Source: an uncultured Acidobacteriota bacterium (lineage in GTDB: Bacteria > Acidobacteriota > Vicinamibacteria > Fen-336). From it: a DNA stretch of 64,000 nt. The position numbers and the translations under genes were made by a program. The notes under the pieces were generated by a model. That model searched no databases and was not told the DNA's origin. It saw nothing but the letters and a program-made list of their open reading frames with translations. Location: NCBI GenBank assembly GCA_963720545.1, contig OY970399.1:1696001-1760000 (forward strand), read 5' to 3'. This document shows positions 19,323 through 28,121 of this stretch, one piece after another (within the stretch, counting starts at the first letter, position 1; each line of letters starts with the position of its first letter).

Positions 19323-20213
19323 CTAGTCGACGTGGAAGGTGTTGATGCCGTCAATCGCCGAGAAGAAGCGCGCCGCTTCGATCATGTCCTTGGCTGTGAA
19401 CACGACGGTGTTGCCGTTGATGCGTTCGGTGCCCGGCAGGTAGGACATCAACTCGGCGTCCACGACGTTCTTGAAGCGGATCTCCATCTTCACGGGACGT
19501 GTGAGGCGCCAGGGCTTGATCTCGGCGCGGCGCTCGACCCCCCGCCGCACGCCTGCAGCGATCCGGCGTTGTGCCTCTTCGGGGTGAATCGTGCGGACTG
19601 CGAAAAAGCCGAGCGCCTTCTTGACGACCGCCGTCTCGATGGGGCCCAGCAGCTTCTGCGTGTGCGCCGTGACGGTCTGATCGCCGGAGATGAAGACGAC
19701 CGGCACGCCGAACTCCCCCGCTATGGCCGCGTTGAACCCGGACTCCGCGACCGCCGTCCCGTTGAGCTTGATCTCGACCATCCCGTTCATGGTGTGGGCC
19801 AGGGTGCCGTCGCGCTCGCCCTCGGCGGCGTGATAGCCGATGAAGACGACGGCCGCGAAGCTCTCGTCGATGCCGTCCATCATGCTGAGTGGCCGCGGCC
19901 CGCCACGGACCAGCTCCACGCGTTTGTCGAGCTGCTCGATGTCGAGGTTCTGGGAGTCGCCGTGGGAGTCGCTCACGAGCACGCTGGTCGCCCCGGCGTC
20001 ATAGGCGGCAGCGATCGCTACGTTCACTTCCTTGGTCATGAGCTGGCGGAACTTCTCGTACTCGCGTCCCTTGGAGCCGGCCTGGACGGCCCAGGTCGCC
20101 ACCCCCTCGACGCCTTCCATGTCTGCCGAGATGTAGACCTTCACCGGCTTCGCCGGGGGTTGGGCGGCTCCCGCAGCGAGCGCCGCAACGAGCGCTGAAA
20201 CAAGGACCATCAT
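19323..20213 (-). CDS. dppA: M55 family D-aminopeptidase with signal-like N-terminus
   Basis: VYISADMEG, DSHG, FIGYHA, LAHT, E.GFNA, ISGD; GGGAG RBS. Confidence 0.9.
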   Translation of the reverse strand: MMVLVSALVAALAAGAAQPPAKPVKVYISADMEGVEGVATWAVQAGSKGREYEKFRQLMTKEVNVAIAAAYDAGATSVLVSDSHGDSQNLDIEQLDKRVELVRGGPRPLSMMDGIDESFAAVVFIGYHAAEGERDGTLAHTMNGMVEIKLNGTAVAESGFNAAIAGEFGVPVVFISGDQTVTAHTQKLLGPIETAVVKKALGFFAVRTIHPEEAQRRIAAGVRRGVERRAEIKPWRLTRPVKMEIRFKNVVDAELMSYLPGTERINGNTVVFTAKDMIEAARFFSAIDGINTFHVD

Positions 20214-20239
20214 GTTTCCCTCCCGCTTGCTGGTATGTT

Positions 20240-20261
20240 TGTTGACTTGTTCTACAATACG
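20240..20261. promoter_or_regulatory. GntR-type operator candidate
   Basis: TGTTGACTTGTTCTACAATACG; 18/22 identical to 23118-23139; lies between divergent genes. Confidence 0.6.
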
Positions 20262-20301
20262 ACATAATGCTGCACGAGAGGCAAGTTTCGGGGAGGATGC
20301 G

Positions 20302-22065
20302 GTGAAAAACTTCATGGTGCGGGCGACACTGGTCGGCCTGCTGCTCTGCTTCAACCTGGCACCGTGCGCCATGGCAGCCGACGACGGGCCGGTCGTCGCC
20401 GGCGAGCTCGGCGCCAGGCTCGACGCATACCTGACGCGTCTCGAGAGCCTGGGTTTTTCAGGAGTGGCTCTCGTCCAGAAACATTCAGACGTCGTCTTGC
20501 GCAAGGGATATGGCTGGGCCGACAAGAAGAACGGCCTCAAGATGACGACCGGGAACGTCTTCGATCTCGGCTCGATCACGAAGCAGTTCACCGCGGCCGC
20601 GATCCTGCGACTGGAGGCCGACGGCAAGCTCAGCACCACCGACAAGATCACCAGGTTCTTCAAGGACGTGCCACCCGACAAGCAAGGCATCACGCTGCAC
20701 CACCTGCTGACGCACTCGGCGGGCCTCGAATCGGATTTCGCGGACTCGGACTACGCACCGGTGGGCCGCGACGAGTACGTCCGGCTGGCTCTCGCCTCGA
20801 AGCTGATGACGCCTCCCGGCGAGCACTACGAATACTCGAACGCCGGTTACTCGCTGCTCGCCGCGATCGTCGAGCTCACCTCGGGCATGAGCTACGAGGC
20901 GTTCCTCGCCGAACGCCTCTTCAAGCCGGCCGGGATGGTCGAGACCGGCTACAAGCTGCCGCATTGGCCCGAAGCGCGGATCGCGCGCGGCTCGCAGGAC
21001 GGCAAGGACTGGGGGACGATCATCGCCCGGATCAGCCCGCCCGATGCGCCTTACTGGGTGCTGCGTGGCAACGGCGGTATCCATACGACGCTCCACGACG
21101 TGGCGCGCTGGAACGAGGCGCTGTACGACGATCGCGTGCTGCCCGCAGCGGAACGCGTCAAGCTGATGTCGCCGTACATAGACGAGGACGACAGCGGCAA
21201 GACCCGGTACGCCTACGGCTGGGTGGTCGAAAAGACCGCGCGCGGGACGCGCGATATCTGGCATAACGGCGGCAACGACATCTATTCCGCCGAACTGCAC
21301 CGGTATGTGGACGAGAGCGTGCTCATCTGCGTGGGCACGACCGTCGCCGAGCTCAAGTCGACGCCCGTCTTCGCCACGGTCGAGAAGATCGTCTTCGGCC
21401 AGCCTTACGATCTCCCGCCCGCAGCCGTGCAGCTCCCGGCCGCGAGTCTCGCGGCGCCGGCGGGCCGTTACAAGCTCGCGACCGGCGGCGAACTGGCCTT
21501 GAAGGTCGAGGGCGAACGGCTCGCGCTCTCGATGCGCGGCCCCGATGCCTATGCGGCCTGGTATGGAGCGGCGGGCGACGCCCTGGCGCACCTGCGCGCG
21601 CTCGACAAGAAAGCGGAAGGCATCCTCAGCCGCAGCGTCACAGGCGACTACGCTCCGCTCGTCGCGGCAGCGACAGGCGACGCCGGGCGCGGGCGCGACC
21701 CCGAAGAGGTCCGGAAGGCCGAGGCCGAGCTGATGGCGGACCGCCGCTCCCGCCTCGGTGCTTTCCAGCGGTTCGAGATGCTGGGAACGATGCCCGTCCG
21801 CGGCGACATCGCCGTGACGGAGGCCGAGCTCGTCTTCGAGAAGGGCACGGTGTTCAATCGTTACGTCTGGCGCGGCGAGCACCTGCTCGAGGTGCGCGGC
21901 GTGCCGAGCCTGCCCACCTACCGGCTCGTGCCGCAGTCGGAGAGCGAGTTCGTCGCTTTCGACGTGCGGCTTGGCACGGGACCGCGGCTCAGGCTGGAGG
22001 CCGGTGGCACCTCGCTCGTGCTCGTCACTCCCGCGGCGGAGCTCAAAGCGGAACGCGTGCGCTAG
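20302..22065 (+). CDS. Beta-lactamase-family serine hydrolase with long C-terminal extension, exported
   Basis: SITK, LLTHSAGL, YSN, HNGG; GGAGG RBS before GTG; signal peptide. Confidence 0.9.
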   Translation: MKNFMVRATLVGLLLCFNLAPCAMAADDGPVVAGELGARLDAYLTRLESLGFSGVALVQKHSDVVLRKGYGWADKKNGLKMTTGNVFDLGSITKQFTAAAILRLEADGKLSTTDKITRFFKDVPPDKQGITLHHLLTHSAGLESDFADSDYAPVGRDEYVRLALASKLMTPPGEHYEYSNAGYSLLAAIVELTSGMSYEAFLAERLFKPAGMVETGYKLPHWPEARIARGSQDGKDWGTIIARISPPDAPYWVLRGNGGIHTTLHDVARWNEALYDDRVLPAAERVKLMSPYIDEDDSGKTRYAYGWVVEKTARGTRDIWHNGGNDIYSAELHRYVDESVLICVGTTVAELKSTPVFATVEKIVFGQPYDLPPAAVQLPAASLAAPAGRYKLATGGELALKVEGERLALSMRGPDAYAAWYGAAGDALAHLRALDKKAEGILSRSVTGDYAPLVAAATGDAGRGRDPEEVRKAEAELMADRRSRLGAFQRFEMLGTMPVRGDIAVTEAELVFEKGTVFNRYVWRGEHLLEVRGVPSLPTYRLVPQSESEFVAFDVRLGTGPRLRLEAGGTSLVLVTPAAELKAERVR

Positions 22066-23075
22066 AGAGTCGGCTGGAGCTTGCTAGGCGTGCCCAGGCC
22101 TTTGGCTCGGGCACGTTCGAGGGCGAAGCAGGCAATCGCCGTGTCCTGGACCCCGACGCCCGTCAGGTCGCAGACCGTGACCTCGGCGTCGCTCTTGCGC
22201 CCCGGATGCTTGCCGGCGGCGAGGGCGCCAAGCTCCACCACCGGTGTCGCGCTCGTGACGGTTCCCGCCGCAACCGCGTGCTGCAATTCGCCGAGGCGCT
22301 CGCACTGCGAGCGGAGGTCGCACACGATGAGATCGGCTCTCTGGAAGATGCGTGGATCGAGCTCCTGCTTGCCCGGGCCGTCCGAGCCCAGGGCTGTGAT
22401 GTGCAGCCGCTCGTGGAGGTCGGCGAAGTCGAGGAGCGCCTCGTGCGCAGGCGTCGCGGTGACCACGATCTCGCAGCGCCGCGCCACCTCGGCCGGGTTC
22501 CGTGCCGGCACGACCTCGACCTGCAGTTCCTGAGACATCTCGGCCATGAACTTCCGCACCGCCTCCGGTTTGCGGCCGTAGACCACGACCTTGCGGAAGT
22601 CGCGGACGAGCTTCAGGGCGCGAAGCTGGAAACGCGCCTGCATGCCGACACCGACGACGCCCGCCGTGTGGACCGCAACGGGGGCGAGGTATTTCGCGGC
22701 GATCGCTCCCGCCAGCGCCGTCCTTACCTCGGTGAGGTAGGAGTTGTCGAGCAGCAGCGCCAGCGGCCAGCCGGTCTCGGCGGAGAGCAGGACCATGAGG
22801 CCGCTCGACACCGGCAGGCCGACCTTCGCGTTGGCGTAGAACCCCGAGGCGATCTTCACCGCGAACCCGGCAAGGCCGCGCACGTAGGCCGACTTCACGT
22901 GCACCTCGGCCTCGCGCTCGGCGATGTCGATTCCGATCGGCGGCGGCACCGTCACCTCGCCGCGCCCGAGGCGAGCGAAGCCGTCCTCGACGGCGGCCAA
23001 CGCCGCGGCGTCGAGACCGACGCAGGAACGGATCTCGGCCTCGTTGAGCTGCAGGAAGGGGGCGGGCGTAGGCAC
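22062..23075 (-). CDS. Ornithine cyclodeaminase/mu-crystallin family protein (EutC-like)
   Basis: HVKSAY, VKIASGF, YLTEVRTALAG, GVGMQA, GSDGPGKQEL, DLTGVGVQD. Confidence 0.9.
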   Translation of the reverse strand: MPTPAPFLQLNEAEIRSCVGLDAAALAAVEDGFARLGRGEVTVPPPIGIDIAEREAEVHVKSAYVRGLAGFAVKIASGFYANAKVGLPVSSGLMVLLSAETGWPLALLLDNSYLTEVRTALAGAIAAKYLAPVAVHTAGVVGVGMQARFQLRALKLVRDFRKVVVYGRKPEAVRKFMAEMSQELQVEVVPARNPAEVARRCEIVVTATPAHEALLDFADLHERLHITALGSDGPGKQELDPRIFQRADLIVCDLRSQCERLGELQHAVAAGTVTSATPVVELGALAAGKHPGRKSDAEVTVCDLTGVGVQDTAIACFALERARAKGLGTPSKLQPTL

Positions 23076-23117
23076 CTTTGGTCAACCTCCGGAAGGAACG
23101 GCTCGAGTCTAACATGC

Positions 23118-23154
23118 TGTTGAGATGTTGAACAATACGGCAGATTGTTCTACA
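23118..23154. promoter_or_regulatory. GntR-type operator candidates
   Basis: TGTTGAGATGTTGAACAATACG followed by TTGTTCTACA, between divergent genes. Confidence 0.6.
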
Positions 23155-23201
23155 GTTCGGGCTTCGACCCTGGGGGTTCCTTGTCGCTGACGCCGGGCAC
23201 C

Positions 23202-24578
23202 GTGCGAGACACAGAGGCCCCCGGGCTTCGCCGCGAGCTGGGGCTCGTCGACTCGGCCCTGATGCTCGTCGGCGTCGTGCTCGGCTCGGGCATCTTCATG
23301 ACGACCGGCCTCATGGCGTCGGCCCTTCCCTCGCCCGGTCTGATCATGCTGGCCTGGGCAGTGGGCGGGCTCCTGACCCTCGCCGGGGCGGCCGTGTTCG
23401 CGGAGCTCGGCGCCGCCCTGCCGGAGGCCGGCGGCGGCTACGTCTACCTGCGCGAGGCGTACGGTCCGCTCGTCTCGTTCCTGTTCGCGTGGGTGACGCT
23501 GCTCGTGTACCAGCCGGGAGCGATCTCGGCGGTGGCCGTTGGCTTCGCTGAGCATCTCGGCTACCTGGTGCCTGTGCTGGGCGCGGACGTGGTGGCCGTG
23601 CGCGTGCCCCTGGGCAGCTACACGCACTCGATCTCGGCCGCCCAGCTCGTGGCGTCGGCCACCATTCTCGGCCTGACGGCCGTGAACATCATCGGGCTTC
23701 GCGTCGGCAGCAACATCGCGAACGTGGTGACGACGCTGAAGGTCGCGGCACTCATCGCCTTTGCTTTTCTCGGGATGCTCGTCGGGCGGCCGCCGGCCGC
23801 GGCCGCCGCGACAACGGCGGCGAGCCTCGGAACGTCCGATCTCCTGACCGGCTTCGGTCTCGCCCTGGTCGCGGCGCTCTGGACCTACGACGGCTGGATC
23901 AACCTGAGCTTCTCTGGCGGTGAGGTGAAGGACCCGGGGCGTACGATCCCGCGCGCGCTCATGCTGGGCACCAGCGCACTGACGGCGCTCTTCCTGCTGG
24001 TCAACGCGGTGTACCTGTACGCGCTGTCGATTCCGCAGATGCAAGGCGTCACCCGGGTCGCCGAGCGAGCGACCACCGCGCTCTTCGGTGCAGGAGCCGG
24101 GATCTTCATGGTGGCGGTCGTGGCGCTCTCTTCGTTTGGCGGCACGCACGGCACTGTCCTCACCGGTGCCCGGCTCTACTACGCGGTGGCGAAGGACGGG
24201 TTCTTCTTTCGGTCGATGGCCCACGTGAATCGCAAACACCACACCCCGGACGTCGCGCTCTGGGTCCAGGGGGTGCTCTCGGCTGCCCTCGCGCTCTCCG
24301 GCCGCTTCGACCAGCTCTTCACCTATTGCATGTTTGCGGCGCTCCTCATGTACGGGATGACGACCGCTTCGGTCATGACGCTGCGCCGCACGCGCCCGGA
24401 CCTGGCGCGTCCCTACCGGGTCTGGCCCTACCCCGCCCTGCCCCTGATCTACATCGCGGCGTTGGCGGTGCTGTGCGTGAACACGCTGCTGACCCGGCCG
24501 CTCGAATCCTTCTCAGGGCTGCTGATCGTGGCCGCCGGGGTTCCCGCCTTCTTCGTCTGGCGTCGCCGCGCTGCCTGA
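23202..24578 (+). CDS. APC family amino acid permease
   Basis: GSGIF, AELGAALPEAGGGYVYL, YDGW, GGEVKDP, RPYRVWPYP; about 12 TM; start is uncertain. Confidence 0.92.
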   Translation: MRDTEAPGLRRELGLVDSALMLVGVVLGSGIFMTTGLMASALPSPGLIMLAWAVGGLLTLAGAAVFAELGAALPEAGGGYVYLREAYGPLVSFLFAWVTLLVYQPGAISAVAVGFAEHLGYLVPVLGADVVAVRVPLGSYTHSISAAQLVASATILGLTAVNIIGLRVGSNIANVVTTLKVAALIAFAFLGMLVGRPPAAAAATTAASLGTSDLLTGFGLALVAALWTYDGWINLSFSGGEVKDPGRTIPRALMLGTSALTALFLLVNAVYLYALSIPQMQGVTRVAERATTALFGAGAGIFMVAVVALSSFGGTHGTVLTGARLYYAVAKDGFFFRSMAHVNRKHHTPDVALWVQGVLSAALALSGRFDQLFTYCMFAALLMYGMTTASVMTLRRTRPDLARPYRVWPYPALPLIYIAALAVLCVNTLLTRPLESFSGLLIVAAGVPAFFVWRRRAA

Positions 24579-24581
24579 TTT

Positions 24582-24609
24582 TTGTTCAACAATCCGACTG
24601 TGGTACATT
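24582..24609 (+). promoter_or_regulatory. Palindromic operator plus extended -10 element
   Basis: TTGTTCAACAA (24582-24592); TGgTACATT (24601-24609) ends 5 nt before GTG 24615. Confidence 0.55.
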
Positions 24610-24614
24610 CAATC

Positions 24615-26240
24615 GTGGGCTTCGATCTGCTCGTCACGGGGGGCGTTGTCGTCGACGGCACAGGATCGCCCGGCTTCCCCGCTGACGTCGGAATCCGTGA
24701 CGGTCGGATCGCCGCCGTTGGCCGGCTTGGCGCCGCCTCGGCGCAACGCCGGCTCGAGGCCAACGGGCGCGTGGTGGCGCCCGGCTTCATCGACCTCATG
24801 GGCACCAGCGATTGGACGCTCCTCGCCGACCGCCGCGCAGCGTCGAAGATCAGCCAGGGCATCACGCTGATGGTCGCCGGCGAGCGCTTCTCGGCGGCGC
24901 CCCAGAGTGAAGAGCGGCGTCGCGAGCTGCAGCCCGAAATGGCGCGCCTCAGCGTCGCCCCGGATTGGACCTCCCTCGCGGACTTCTTCGCGCGCCTCGA
25001 GGCCTCGCCGCCAGCAGTGAACTTCGCCACCTTCGTGGCCGCGGGAAGCCTGCGGGACGCCGTGATGGCCCGCGAGGATCGAAGAGCGTCGGCTTCCGAG
25101 CTTGCCGCCATGGAGCGCCTCGCCGGCGCCGCCATGGAGGACGGGGCCCTGGGCGTCGCGAGCGCCCTCATTTACGTTCCGCACCGCTACGCTCCGACCG
25201 AGGAGCTCGTCGCCCTTGCCCGCGTGGCCGGCAGTTACGGCGGAATATACGCGACCCACCAGCGCAGCGAGGGCGACGAGATCGACGCCTCGCTCGACGA
25301 GGTGTTCGAGATTGCCGCCGAAGCTCGCGTGCCCGCCCACATCTTTCACCTCAAGACGACATTCCAGAGGAATGCCGGACGCATGAGTGCCGTGACGAAA
25401 CGTATCGATGCGGCGCGGCAACGCGGCCTCGTCATCACCGCCGATGTCTACCCGTACACGGCGGCGTGCGGGAACCTGCGCGCGCTGCTCCCGCCCTGGG
25501 CCCGCGAGGGTGGCCTCGACGCGACATTGGCAAGGCTGCGCGACGCATCGACTCGCGAGCGGATCATGACCGAGCTCGCCGCGCTGGGCGCCGGTTGGGA
25601 CAACGAGTATCTCGGGGCCGGCGCCGAGCGCATCGCGATCGCGGAGACGTCGGCGCCGTCTCTCGCGCCGCTGCTCGGCCGCTCGCTCTCGGACATCGCT
25701 CACGAGAGGAACCAGGACCCGCGCGCGTCGCTGCTCGATTTGCTCCTCGAGGACGAGGGCCGCACCCGCATGCTCTGCTGCATCATGGATGAAAGAGACG
25801 TCGCGCTCGCGCTGCAACAGCCGTGGACGGCGTTCTGCACCGACTCGGAGCAGCGCGCCGTCGATGGACCGCTGGCGACGGGCCGGCCGCATCCCCGGGC
25901 ATTCGGTGCATTTCCGCGCGTCCTGGGCCGTTACGTCCGCGAGTCCTCGCTGCTCTCTCTCGAGACGGCGGTGCACAAGGCCACGTCGCTGCCCGCGCGC
26001 ATCCTCGGGCTGCGCGAGCGCGGCCACGTCCATGAGGGCTTTCACGCCGACCTCGTGGTGTTCGACCCCGAGAAGGTCATCGACCGAGCAAGCTACGAAG
26101 CGCCGTACCAATACTCGGCGGGAATAGACTACGTCGTCGTCAATGGTCAGGTGGTCGTAGATCAGGGACGGATCACCACCGCGCGTCCGGGGCGGGTCAT
26201 CCGCGGTGCGGGATGTCGCGGTCAAGGAGAGAGGCAATGA
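24615..26240 (+). CDS. D-aminoacylase family amidohydrolase, cytoplasmic, lacking HxH
   Basis: GGVVVDGTG, PGFIDLMGTS, THQRSE, FHLK, DVYPY, CTDS, HPRAFGAFPR; no signal peptide. Confidence 0.88.
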   Translation: MGFDLLVTGGVVVDGTGSPGFPADVGIRDGRIAAVGRLGAASAQRRLEANGRVVAPGFIDLMGTSDWTLLADRRAASKISQGITLMVAGERFSAAPQSEERRRELQPEMARLSVAPDWTSLADFFARLEASPPAVNFATFVAAGSLRDAVMAREDRRASASELAAMERLAGAAMEDGALGVASALIYVPHRYAPTEELVALARVAGSYGGIYATHQRSEGDEIDASLDEVFEIAAEARVPAHIFHLKTTFQRNAGRMSAVTKRIDAARQRGLVITADVYPYTAACGNLRALLPPWAREGGLDATLARLRDASTRERIMTELAALGAGWDNEYLGAGAERIAIAETSAPSLAPLLGRSLSDIAHERNQDPRASLLDLLLEDEGRTRMLCCIMDERDVALALQQPWTAFCTDSEQRAVDGPLATGRPHPRAFGAFPRVLGRYVRESSLLSLETAVHKATSLPARILGLRERGHVHEGFHADLVVFDPEKVIDRASYEAPYQYSAGIDYVVVNGQVVVDQGRITTARPGRVIRGAGCRGQGERQ

Positions 26241-26968
26241 TGCCCAATACGTCGAAGGCCGCTTCCAGGGCAGCGGCCCAGGCCGTGGCCAAGGCCAACT
26301 TCGCCGGTCTCACGATCCAGAAGACGAGCACGGCCGATCAGGTGGCGGGGCTGCTCCGCGAGCGGATCCTCGGCGGCCAGCTGCGTCCCGGGATGCCGCT
26401 GCGCGAGGTGCTGTTGGCGGGATCCATCGGCGTTTCACGCAACACGCTGCGCGAGGCGCTCCGCATCCTGATCCAGGAGGGTCTCGTCCTGCACACGGTC
26501 CACCGCGGAATCACCGTCACGCAGCTGACCAAACAGGCGGTCGCCGACATCTACCAGGTGCGCCGCATGCTGGAGCTGCGTGCGGTCGAGACGGGCAAAC
26601 CGGACAAGTCGCAGATCGCGGGCCTCTACGAAGCCACGGACCGGCTCGAGGAGGCCGCGAAGACCCAGGATTGGCCCGGTGTCTTCGAAAGCGACATGCT
26701 CTTCCACGGGCGCCTGGTCGCGCTCCTCGGGAGCGAGCGGCTGGACGTGTTCTACGGAAACCTGCTGAGCGAGCTGCGACTGGGTCTCGTGGAAGTGGAC
26801 CGCCAATCGCGCGATGTGAAGCGCAGCCGGGCTGCACATCGGCGTGTCGCCGACCTGCTGGCGGCCGGCAAACGGCGCGAGTGCGCGCGCTTCCTTGCCG
26901 AGCACCTGGCGGAGGCCGAGCGCCTCGTCACGGCGGTCGTGGCTGGGGAAGCGGTCGCCGCGAGCTGA
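26237..26968 (+). CDS. GntR family regulator (FadR/FCD type)
   Basis: LRPGMPLREV.LA..IGVSRNTLREALR.L..EGL; IYQVRRMLE; D..FH; ATGA overlap. Confidence 0.92.
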   Translation: MMPNTSKAASRAAAQAVAKANFAGLTIQKTSTADQVAGLLRERILGGQLRPGMPLREVLLAGSIGVSRNTLREALRILIQEGLVLHTVHRGITVTQLTKQAVADIYQVRRMLELRAVETGKPDKSQIAGLYEATDRLEEAAKTQDWPGVFESDMLFHGRLVALLGSERLDVFYGNLLSELRLGLVEVDRQSRDVKRSRAAHRRVADLLAAGKRRECARFLAEHLAEAERLVTAVVAGEAVAAS

Positions 26969-27005
26969 CGTCGCCGCACTAGACCTTTCATCGGAGTCAT
27001 CGCGC

Positions 27006-28115
27006 ATGCAAATCGAACCGTTCGCGCTGGAACGCTGGCAGTCCGAGTGGGAAAACCTGGTCAAGCACAACCTCTCCGAGAGCGGCGTGCATCGGATGAG
27101 CGTCCAGGAGCTGCTCGGCCCGGGCGAGGCTGACGAGGTTCTCTCCCAGGGGCTCTCCTACGGCTATTCGAACGGCAGCGACGCGCTGCGGGCCGCGATC
27201 ACCGCGCAATACCCCGGCGCAAGGCCGGAGCAGGTCGTTGTCACCAATGGCTCGGCCGAGGCAAACTTCATCTCGGCCTGGCGTGTGGTCGAGCCCGGGG
27301 ACGAGGTCGTGATGGTGCTGCCGAACTACATGCAGCTCCACGGCCTGTTCCACGCATTCGGCGCGAAGGTGGTCGGCGTCCAGCTGCACGAGGCAAACGG
27401 ATGGGCCCTCGACGTGGACGAGCTGCGCCGCGCGGTGAACCCGAAAACGCGGCTCATCTCGGTCTGCAATCCCAACAACCCGACCGGCGCGATCCTCAGC
27501 GAGGCCGAGATGCAGGGCGTCGTCGCGGCCGCCGCGCGCCACGGCTCGTGGCTCCTGGCGGACGAGGTGTACCGCGGCGCCGAGCGCGAAGGCCCCGAGA
27601 CCCCGACGTTCTGGGGTCGCTACGAGCGCCTCTTCGCCACCTGCGGTCTCAGCAAGGCGTACGGCCTGCCCGGACTGCGGATCGGCTGGGCGGTGAGTCC
27701 TCTCGAGACCGCGGGCGAGCTGTGGGCGCGGAAGGACTACACGAGCATCTTCCCGAGCATCCTCTCCGACCTGCTCGCGCAGAAGGCGCTCGGAATGCGT
27801 GACCGCATCCTCGAGCGCACCCGCGGCATCCTGCGCGCCAACTGGCCCGGCATGGAGACGTGGCTCGCGCGGAATCGCCACGTGCTCACCGTCGTTCCCT
27901 CGAAGGCGGGCGCCATCGTGTACGCGCGCTACAACCTGAAGATGCCGTCCACAGAGCTGATCGCGCTCCTCAAGGACGAGGAAGACGTCCTCATCGTCTC
28001 GGGCACTCACTTCGGCATGGACGGCTTCGTCCGCATCGGGTACGGCAACGAGCCGGCAGATCTGCAGGCCGCCCTCGCCAGGCTGACGGCGTTCCTCGAA
28101 CGACACGCGAGCTGA
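27006..28115 (+). CDS. Class I/II PLP-dependent aminotransferase
   Basis: NPNNPTG, DEVY, LSKAYGLPGLRIGW. Confidence 0.92.
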   Translation: MQIEPFALERWQSEWENLVKHNLSESGVHRMSVQELLGPGEADEVLSQGLSYGYSNGSDALRAAITAQYPGARPEQVVVTNGSAEANFISAWRVVEPGDEVVMVLPNYMQLHGLFHAFGAKVVGVQLHEANGWALDVDELRRAVNPKTRLISVCNPNNPTGAILSEAEMQGVVAAAARHGSWLLADEVYRGAEREGPETPTFWGRYERLFATCGLSKAYGLPGLRIGWAVSPLETAGELWARKDYTSIFPSILSDLLAQKALGMRDRILERTRGILRANWPGMETWLARNRHVLTVVPSKAGAIVYARYNLKMPSTELIALLKDEEDVLIVSGTHFGMDGFVRIGYGNEPADLQAALARLTAFLERHAS

Positions 28116-28121
28116 CCGCGG

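Noticed and set aside
18194..22065. Beta-lactam resistance genes
   Set aside because: SxxK/YxN/HxG pattern and peptidase neighbourhood fit D-peptidase/esterase-like S12 enzymes; no KTG motif
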